Shown here: positions 1-6,608 of the stretch, in pieces
How the letters are laid out: every line of letters starts with the position of its first letter
How positions within the stretch are numbered: position 1 is the stretch's first letter
DNA from: Candidatus Electronema halotolerans
GTDB taxonomy: Bacteria > Desulfobacterota > Desulfobulbia > Desulfobulbales > Desulfobulbaceae
Assembly: GCA_942493095.1 (NCBI GenBank)
Contig: OW818675.1
Location: 1,530,001-1,562,000, forward strand
Direction of reading: 5' to 3'
DNA length: 32,000 nucleotides
The notes under the pieces: generated by a model
What the model saw: only the letters and a program-made list of their open reading frames with translations
The model's database searches: none
Told to the model about the DNA's origin: nothing
Translations under genes and position numbers: made by a program

Positions 1-600
1 GTGCTGCTCCGCCTCAGCAAGGTAGCCCTGATCTTCGTAGGTCAGGCCAATATTCCAGCTTGTCACCGCTTCGCCCGCCTTGTCGCCGATCTTTTGGCTG
101 ATGACCAAGCTCTGCTCCAGATACTTGAGGGCCGCAGCGTAGTCGCCCCGCGCAGAGTAAATCAGGCTGATGTTGTTCAGCGTCACAGCTTCCCCGCGCC
201 TGTCGCCGATCTCTTGGCTGATGACCAAGCTCTGCTCCAGATACTTGAGGGCCGCAGCGTAGTCGCCCCGCGCCCAGTGAATCCCGGCGATGTTGTTCAG
301 CGTCGTGCCTTCGCCCGCCCGCCCGCCGATCTCTTGGCTGATGACCAAGCTCTGCTCCAGATACTTGAGGGCCGCAGCGTAGTCGCCCCGCGCCTTGTAA
401 ATCTGGCTGATGTTGTTCAGCGTCGTGCCTTCGCCCGCCCGGTCGCCGATCTCTTTGCAGATGTCCAAGCTCTGCTCCAGATACTTGAGGGCCGCAGCGT
501 AGTCGCCCCGCGCATCGTAAATCTGGCTGATGTTGTTCAGCGTCGCGCCTTCGCCCGCCCTGTGGCCAATCTCTTGGTCAATAGCCAAGCTCTGCTCATA
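1..600 (-). repeat. 120-bp tandem repeat array encoding 40-aa TPR units, about 5 visible units
   Basis: The string ctgatgaccaagctctgctccagatacttgagggccgcagcgtagtcgccccgcgc, with minor variants, recurs at a 120-bp period. Confidence 0.85.
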
Positions 601-1215
601 CAGGGGCAGGGCCTTCGTGTACTCAGCAATGCGGTCAAGGTCAAAGGCTGCCTTGTGCAGATAGAGCGACCTGTCCTTCTTCTCCTCCTCCGGCAGCAGG
701 GCGGCGGCCTTCTGCCAGTACTCGGCAGCCTTGGCATAGCGCAACTGGATTCCTTGCAGCTTGGCTTGGTCGGCATTGGTTGCCGCAGCGGAGATGCGCC
801 GCTGGCGGGCGGCCTGCTCCAGCTCCTCAATGGCCTGCACATCGCGGGCCTCGGCCTGGTTCAGCAGCTCCTCGGCCTCAGCGTACTTGCCCGCCTCAAT
901 CGCCTGCCTGGCCCCATCCTTCAGCCGCCGAACTTCTTGGTCTTCGGACTGCACAAATTCCAGCCGCGCCAGCAGTTCCTTGTACTGGGCGGCTATGTCC
1001 CGCAGCTTGCTGTCCAAATCCCCCAGAGGAACCTGCTGCTCCTCCAGTATCTTGAAGAAGCTGGCAAGGGCGGTCTCGGTCACGGCCAGCTTGCCTGCGT
1101 ACTCGGCAAAGACTTCCGGGGAAATGCCGTAATTATTGACCTGCTTGCCGATGGCACCATCGCCCTGCGCAACATTCTGCTCGCCAGGGCCGCTGTTGTG
1201 GAATTGGTCAGTCAT
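1..1215 (-). CDS. Tetratricopeptide repeat protein, C-terminus beyond window edge; N-terminus MTDQFHNSGPGEQNVAQGDGAIGKQVNNYGISPEVF
   Basis: Reverse-strand reading from the ATG at 1215 stays open to the window edge. It contains ~40-aa repeats of the type AAALKYLEQSLVISQEIGDRRGEAVTLNNISLIYSARGDY. The + strand 419-aa ORF is its antisense. Confidence 0.85.
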   Translation of the reverse strand, partial: MTDQFHNSGPGEQNVAQGDGAIGKQVNNYGISPEVFAEYAGKLAVTETALASFFKILEEQQVPLGDLDSKLRDIAAQYKELLARLEFVQSEDQEVRRLKDGARQAIEAGKYAEAEELLNQAEARDVQAIEELEQAARQRRISAAATNADQAKLQGIQLRYAKAAEYWQKAAALLPEEEKKDRSLYLHKAAFDLDRIAEYTKALPLYEQSLAIDQEIGHRAGEGATLNNISQIYDARGDYAAALKYLEQSLDICKEIGDRAGEGTTLNNISQIYKARGDYAAALKYLEQSLVISQEIGGRAGEGTTLNNIAGIHWARGDYAAALKYLEQSLVISQEIGDRRGEAVTLNNISLIYSARGDYAAALKYLEQSLVISQKIGDKAGEAVTSWNIGLTYEDQGYLAEAEQH

Positions 1216-1625
1216 GGTTCCTCCGCATCGCCCCGGCAGAGCAGCAGCCCCTCAACATGAGCAAAATGCTTGTCTAAAGTGCAGAGCGGCAGGCTGTGCT
1301 GCAAGGCGGACGCAGCTATCCAGATGTCATTGGTCGGAATTGGCTTGCCTTGCCGCCTGAGCTGGTTGAGGACAGCGCTGTAATGCTCGGCAGTTTCCTT
1401 ATTCACCGGATATAGAGCAACCCTTGGCGAATCAAGAAAGATGCCCAGTTCCTGCCTGTTCTTCTCCTCTCTGCCGCCTGCGCGGAAGCCGGAGAGCAGC
1501 TCGCCGATAGAGACGGATGAGATGCCGATGTGTTCAACCCGGCGCAGCAGGCTGACTATCTCCGCATCGCCCCGCATGGCGGCAGAGTACACGTTGGTGT
1601 CAATCAGGATTCTGTTCACCGCCAC
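1212..1625 (-). CDS. PIN-domain (VapC-like) toxin
   Basis: 137 aa, ILIDTNVYSAAMRG...ISSVSIGELLSGF...NDIWIAASALQHSLPLCTLDKHF, with typical PIN acidic residues. It follows a small antitoxin-like gene. Confidence 0.85.
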   Translation of the reverse strand: MAVNRILIDTNVYSAAMRGDAEIVSLLRRVEHIGISSVSIGELLSGFRAGGREEKNRQELGIFLDSPRVALYPVNKETAEHYSAVLNQLRRQGKPIPTNDIWIAASALQHSLPLCTLDKHFAHVEGLLLCRGDAEEP

Positions 1626-1918
1626 AGCTCCGGGTCAATCCGCCGTTCCGCGCTGATGCTCCCTTGAATGCTGCCGAACTCCTCCTCTGTCCATGAGCCG
1701 AAGAGACTGTCAAGGTCGTCATAGCAGGCGTTCCGGTCAAAGGTTCCGTCATGCGCCGCACCGACCTGATCGAACTCGTTCCTGTCAGCGGTTTCCTGCT
1801 GCTGCTCCTTGTTCCGGCGCAGCTTCTCTCTCAGGAACTCAATGAAGTCAAGCACACTCTGCGCCTGCGCTTCAGGAAGCTCCCTGCTTTGCTGATAAAT
1901 ACGTTCTGCGGTTGTCAT
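1616..1918 (-). CDS. Antitoxin-like protein (DUF2281-like N-terminus), partner of the PIN toxin
   Basis: 100 aa, MTTAERIYQQSRELPEAQAQSVLDFIEFLREK. It overlaps the PIN gene by 10 nt. Confidence 0.65.
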   Translation of the reverse strand: MTTAERIYQQSRELPEAQAQSVLDFIEFLREKLRRNKEQQQETADRNEFDQVGAAHDGTFDRNACYDDLDSLFGSWTEEEFGSIQGSISAERRIDPELWR

Positions 1919-1940
1919 AATGCATCCTTGCTTCGTGCCG

Positions 1941-2300
1941 CTACAGCAGCAGTTTGGCCAACGCCTTACCGATCAGCTCGCCTACCGGCAGCGCCGCCTT
2001 GACCGTGCTCGGAATGGCAGCCAGCACCTTCTGGGCGCGGGTCAGCGCAGCGGTAATCTCCTCCCTGTCCGGTTCGGCCTCCTGCGCTTCCATCTCCACT
2101 TCTTCCACGGCATTACGCAGCTTGACCTGCGCTTTGTCCGGCAATTCAGGCAACCGCGCTTTGATCTCGGCCAGCAGCTTGAGCAGCTCATCCGGCGAAG
2201 CTGATGGGGCATTGTAGTTGTATGTATTGGTCTGCTCGGCAACAGCGTGCTTGCCGATGGCAATATTCTGCTTCCCAGAGCCACTGTTGGTGTGCCCCAT
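1941..2300 (-). CDS. Small hypothetical protein with Gly/Asn-rich N-terminal motif and helical C-terminal region
   Basis: 119 aa, MGHTNSGSGKQNIAIGKHAVAEQTNTYNYNAPSASPDELLKLLAEIKARLPELPDK. SD-like aaagg/ggag upstream, 4 nt downstream of hslR. Confidence 0.65.
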   Translation of the reverse strand: MGHTNSGSGKQNIAIGKHAVAEQTNTYNYNAPSASPDELLKLLAEIKARLPELPDKAQVKLRNAVEEVEMEAQEAEPDREEITAALTRAQKVLAAIPSTVKAALPVGELIGKALAKLLL

Positions 2301-2304
2301 CCTT

Positions 2305-2703
2305 TTACTCCTTCAAAGTGAACTTCCGTATTTTCTTGCGGTCGCGCTTGTCAGGCCGCCCGTCTGGACGAGCCATTAGCCCGCCCACAGCTTTGCGCTG
2401 CTCGCGGGCCGCCTCGCGCCTGCTTGCTGATGCCTCAGTTTCCGCATAGAGCAGGGCCGCCTCTTTGGCCGGGCCGCGTCGGCTGCTCAGGGCCAGCACC
2501 TCCACTTCGTATTCCTCTTGGCCACGCCGGATTTGCAGCCGGTTGCCGATCTGGACATTGCGGGAGGGCTTGACCCGGCTGCCGTCAACATGGACATGGC
2601 CGCCGCTCACGGCTGTTGAAGCCAAGGAGCGGGTCTTGAAAAAACGGGCTGCCCAGAGCCATTTGTCGATGCGGACCGCAGTTTCCTGCTGCGTCAGATT
2701 CAT
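2305..2703 (-). CDS. hslR: S4-domain RNA-binding protein, heat shock protein 15 family
   Basis: MNLTQQETAVRIDKWLWAARFFKTRSLASTAVSGGHVHVDGSRVKPSRNVQIGNRLQIRR is an S4 domain. The ATG at 2703 is preferred over the longer ORF start. Confidence 0.85.
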   Translation of the reverse strand: MNLTQQETAVRIDKWLWAARFFKTRSLASTAVSGGHVHVDGSRVKPSRNVQIGNRLQIRRGQEEYEVEVLALSSRRGPAKEAALLYAETEASASRREAAREQRKAVGGLMARPDGRPDKRDRKKIRKFTLKE

Positions 2704-2932
2704 GCCTGCATCACATAATAAGAATTGTCCTGAAATACAAGAACTGACCTCTTCAGGAGCAGAAAAAAGCGAAAAAACAACGTCCATCTTGACATGAGGG
2801 GACGCTGCATTTTATCTTGTGCGGACAGACAGCACAATATCCGCAAAATCAGACCCGGTCAAGCCAGAGCTGCTCTTTTGCCATTTTTCCGCTGACCGGC
2901 CCTGTGCCGCAGCATATACCACAAACAAGCAG

Positions 2933-4198
2933 ATGACGACAGAAAAGGCCATCCCAGAGCTGCTGGCTCCGGCAGGCACTATGGAAAAGCTGATCACGGC
3001 GGTTCATTACGGCGCGGACGCAGTCTATCTTGGCGGCCCGGGCTGGAGCCTGCGGGCACAGGCAGGCAATTTTGACCGCCCCGGCCTGCGCGAGGCAGTG
3101 TCGCATGCGCATCAGCATGGAGTCAAGGTCTATGTCACGGTCAATATTTTTGCCCACAACCGCGACTTGGACGGTTTGGAGGACTATCTGCTCTTTCTCC
3201 GCGAGGCAGGCGCGGATGCCCTGATTGTCGCTGATCCCGGCCTGCTTCTCCTCTGCCAGGAGACTGTGCCGGATCTGCCGCTCCATCTTTCCACGCAGGC
3301 CAATGTGACCAATCAGGCCAGCGTCCGCTTCTGGCAGCAACAGGGAGTGCGCCGGGTCAACTTGGCCCGCGAGCTGGGGCTGGCGGAAATCCGCGCCATC
3401 CGCCAAGCCGTGCCAAAGATCAGCTTGGAAGTCTTTGTTCACGGCGCGCTCTGCATTTCCTATTCAGGCCGCTGCCTGCTCTCCGCCTATATGACCGGTC
3501 GCAATGCCAATCAGGGCGACTGCGCCCATCCCTGCCGCTACTCCTACCGCCTTGTGGAGGAAAAGCGGCCCGGCCAGTATTTTCCGGTCGAGGAGGATGA
3601 GCGCGGCACCTATATTTTCAATGCCCGCGACCTCTGCCTGCTGGAGCGTCTCCCGGAGCTGACTGCCGCCGGGGTGGATTCAGTCAAGATCGAAGGCCGG
3701 ATGAAATCAGCAGGTTATGTGGGCGCAGCGGTCAGAGTCTATCGGGCCGCGCTGGATTATATCAAGGAACGCTTGGATGAGGGCCTGCCGCCGCAGGAGA
3801 TCATCCTGCCGTCCGCCTTTGCCGAGGAAATCGCCAAGGTTGGCACCAGAGGCCGGACAGAGAATTTTTTCGACTCCGCCCCTTCAGCATCAGCCATGCT
3901 TTATGATACAATGAGGGAGAATCAGGCTTGGGTTCCGGTTGGCATTGTCCGCAGCATCTGGCCGCTGCGGCTGGAAATCCGCAATGCCTTGGAGATTGGC
4001 GACCAGATTGAGTATCTTGGCCGCAGGCTTGAACCGACGCGCTGCACTGTGACCGGCATGACTGCGGCGGATGGAACAGTCATCAGCCGGGCCAATCCGG
4101 GCAGCATGATCATGCCTGCTTTGGAGCCGATGCCAGAGGATTTGTGTGTGAACGCGCTGTTCCGACGAACAAATTATACTGAGAAAACCGACTCATGA
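2933..4198 (+). CDS. Peptidase U32 family protein (YegQ/TrhP-like)
   Basis: IPELLAPAGTMEKLITAVHYGADAVYLGG ... ALCISYSGRCLLSAYMTGRNANQGDCAHPCRY ... SVKIEGRMKSAGYVGAAVRVYR. The start is placed at MTTEKAIPE. Confidence 0.9.
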   Translation: MTTEKAIPELLAPAGTMEKLITAVHYGADAVYLGGPGWSLRAQAGNFDRPGLREAVSHAHQHGVKVYVTVNIFAHNRDLDGLEDYLLFLREAGADALIVADPGLLLLCQETVPDLPLHLSTQANVTNQASVRFWQQQGVRRVNLARELGLAEIRAIRQAVPKISLEVFVHGALCISYSGRCLLSAYMTGRNANQGDCAHPCRYSYRLVEEKRPGQYFPVEEDERGTYIFNARDLCLLERLPELTAAGVDSVKIEGRMKSAGYVGAAVRVYRAALDYIKERLDEGLPPQEIILPSAFAEEIAKVGTRGRTENFFDSAPSASAMLYDTMRENQAWVPVGIVRSIWPLRLEIRNALEIGDQIEYLGRRLEPTRCTVTGMTAADGTVISRANPGSMIMPALEPMPEDLCVNALFRRTNYTEKTDS

Positions 4199-5265
4199 CC
4201 CCTTTTCTTGATGTTCCCTTCCTGCCGGAGGAGGCGTATGTTGAATTTCTCAACCGCTGCGGCGGCTCGGTGGACAGCGTCTATTTCAGCCTGCCTAATG
4301 AGCAGCGGTTGGACAACCGCTCTCATGCCTGCACCGGAGAAACGCTGGCGCACCAGATCAAGCTGCTCAAGCGGCTGGCCGCAGGACATAAGCGGTATCT
4401 CCTGCTCAACAGCCGGTTTTACGGCCCGGCCCTGCTCACTGACCAGGGGCAGCTTCGCGCTCTGATCAAGGACGTGGACCAGTGCGTCCAGCAGGGGGTG
4501 GTCAATGGCCTTGTCTATAGCGATCATTTTCTGCTCCAAGCCCTGTCCAACACAGCCCCGGACTTGGCCGCCGCGCTGGAGGCGGTGCCCAGCCTCAACA
4601 CCATGCTGGATTCGCAGGGCAAGATTGAGGCGCATTTAGCTTATATCGGCGAAACCCGCTTCCGGCAGCCGGGACGGCTGATCCTGGACCGCGCCCTGAA
4701 CCGCAATCTGCCAAAATTGGCGGAAATCTCAGCATGGTGCCGACAGGCTCTGCCGGATGTCCGCTTGGAGGTGGTGGGCAACGAGGGCTGCCTGCCTTGG
4801 TGTCCGTACCGCAGTTCCCATGATGCCTATATTGCCTTGGACAATTGCAGCAGCAAGAAGACCAGCGAGGCGATCAATGAGACGCTGGGCTGCCGTCAGC
4901 TCTTGAAAAAGCAGCCCTACCGCATCCTGCAATCGCCCTTTATTCGGCCTGAAGATATTGATTCCTATCTCTATGATATTGACATCATCAAGATCAGCGG
5001 ACGGAATTTAACCAGCGCGGCCCTGATGCAAGTCATCACCGCCTATATTGAGCGGCACTGGAACGGCAATCTGCTGGAGCTGCTGGATTCCTCGCATTGG
5101 CTGGCTGAGGAGCTGCATGTTGACAACAGCGCGCTGTCCTTTGATTTTGCCAACATGCTCTCGGTCTGCAACAACCGCTGCGAGACCTGCCGCTTCTGCA
5201 TGGAGCTGTTTCAGTCCATCTCTCATACTCTGCCGCCAGCCGCAGGCGCAGCCAAGAACAAGTGA
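4195..5265 (+). CDS. Cys-rich U32-like/uncharacterised protein, translationally coupled to the U32 gene
   Basis: 356-aa ORF, ATGA overlap with the upstream gene. Conserved-looking cysteines: NEGCLPWCPY and CNNRCETCRFC. Confidence 0.6.
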   Translation: MTPFLDVPFLPEEAYVEFLNRCGGSVDSVYFSLPNEQRLDNRSHACTGETLAHQIKLLKRLAAGHKRYLLLNSRFYGPALLTDQGQLRALIKDVDQCVQQGVVNGLVYSDHFLLQALSNTAPDLAAALEAVPSLNTMLDSQGKIEAHLAYIGETRFRQPGRLILDRALNRNLPKLAEISAWCRQALPDVRLEVVGNEGCLPWCPYRSSHDAYIALDNCSSKKTSEAINETLGCRQLLKKQPYRILQSPFIRPEDIDSYLYDIDIIKISGRNLTSAALMQVITAYIERHWNGNLLELLDSSHWLAEELHVDNSALSFDFANMLSVCNNRCETCRFCMELFQSISHTLPPAAGAAKNK

Positions 5266-5268
5266 CGC

Positions 5269-5850
5269 ATGGAATCTTTTGAAAAACTGCTGGAAATTTC
5301 TTCAACAATTCACGGCCATCTCTGCGCCGGGCAGGTGATCGGGGTGCGCATGGCCCTGCTCGGCCTGCGGCATATCGGCATTGATGACCCCAAGGGCGCG
5401 GACCGGAAAAAACTGTATGTGATTGTTGAGATTGACCGCTGCGCCACAGATGCGATTCAGTCCGTGACTGGCTGCAGTCTGGGCAAGCGTTCGCTCCGCT
5501 GGCTGGATTTCGGCATCATGGCCGCCACCTTTGTCAATCTCAAGACTGGTCAGGCGGCGCGGATCACAGCGCGGGAAGAGGCCCGCGAGCTGTCCACCAA
5601 ATATTGCCCTGAACTGGCTGACAAGTACCGGCGGCAGCTCGAAGCCTACCGGGTCATGCCGGAGGAGGAGCTGTTCACCGTGCAGGAAGTCACGGTCAGC
5701 ATCCCGGAATGCGACCTGCCGGGCCGCCCCATGCGCCGGGTGCAATGCGCGCAGTGCGGCGATTATGTGCAGGACTGCCGGGAAGTGGAGCAGGAGGGGA
5801 AAGTTATCTGCCGGGCCTGCGCTGGCCAGCGGTATTACCAAGCCGTCTGA
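5269..5850 (+). CDS. FmdE family protein (formylmethanofuran dehydrogenase subunit E-like) with C-terminal Cys4 zinc finger
   Basis: HGHLCAGQVIGVRMALLGL...VEIDRCATDAIQSVTGCSLGKR...CAQCGDYVQDC...GKVICRACAG. Confidence 0.8.
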   Translation: MESFEKLLEISSTIHGHLCAGQVIGVRMALLGLRHIGIDDPKGADRKKLYVIVEIDRCATDAIQSVTGCSLGKRSLRWLDFGIMAATFVNLKTGQAARITAREEARELSTKYCPELADKYRRQLEAYRVMPEEELFTVQEVTVSIPECDLPGRPMRRVQCAQCGDYVQDCREVEQEGKVICRACAGQRYYQAV

Positions 5851-6401
5851 AGAGCGGAACGGTTCTCTGTCACCAGCGGGCCTTTGGACAGATAAAACGC
5901 GCCATGCCCTTCCGGGTTGACTGGCGGCACTATCGTGCGGCCTGACAGCTCCAGCCAGCCTTGGGAACTCTCAATGTGCAGATGCGGCTTCCAGCCGCCT
6001 GTGCCGCCGATTTCACCGATCTGCTCGCCTGCCAGCACCGCCCCCATGACAAAGATGCTCTTCAGATGGGCCATGAAGAGCCGCTCCGTGCCTGCCATAT
6101 TCTCCCATTCAATGGCATAGCCCCACGCATTGGTGTTGTCATACACGACCCGCACGGTGCCGTCCTCTGGGGCAAAGAGCAGCATTCCGTAATCATCAAA
6201 GCTGTTTGTGCCGATATTGATATCCACGACCTGTTCCGGCGGATTGCCGTAATAGCTGGGATGAGTGCCGTATTTGGGATGGTCGATATAGGTGGCGGCC
6301 TGATAGATTGTTCCTGCGGCCAGCACATCGCCTTGGCTTGCCTGAGCTGAGGCCGCGATCAGCAAAAAAAGGCAAAGGGAAATCACCTGCAGCATCTTCA
6401 T
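5835..6401 (-). CDS. M23-like metallopeptidase, secreted
   Basis: Signal peptide MKMLQVISLCLFLLIAASAQA. LytM-like residues: VVDINIG..., YAIEW...LFMAHLKSIFV..GAVLAGEQIGEIGGTGGWKPHLHIE. Confidence 0.7.
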   Translation of the reverse strand: MKMLQVISLCLFLLIAASAQASQGDVLAAGTIYQAATYIDHPKYGTHPSYYGNPPEQVVDINIGTNSFDDYGMLLFAPEDGTVRVVYDNTNAWGYAIEWENMAGTERLFMAHLKSIFVMGAVLAGEQIGEIGGTGGWKPHLHIESSQGWLELSGRTIVPPVNPEGHGAFYLSKGPLVTENRSALQTAW

Positions 6402-6525
6402 GGCATTGCATTTTGTCTGCCAGCAGTTTCCTGCCGCATCGCCTCAACATCTTCCACAGGCAGGCCAGTGACTTGAGCAATGGCCGCCGGGGAATTTCTT
6501 CTTCATGATGGCGATGATTCATTCC

Positions 6526-6608
6526 GTAGGGGCGGCCCCCTGTGGCCGCCCGGTCTTTCCTCGTTATTCCGGCACCATGCACGGGCAGGCACAGGAGCCT
6601 GCCCCTAC
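6526..6608. repeat. REPIN/MITE-like palindromic element made of two G+C-rich imperfect hairpins with outer arms GTAGGGGC / GCCCCTAC
   Basis: gtaggggcggccccctgtggccgccc ... cgggcaggcacaggagcctgcccctac. It overlaps the stop codon of the TPR gene. Confidence 0.55.

Noticed and set aside
1-1260. 419-aa + strand ORF with repeated LLADDQALLQILEGRSVVAPR units
   Set aside because: It is the antisense of the minus-strand TPR array. The minus strand gives a recognisable TPR consensus and an SD/ATGA-coupled start.
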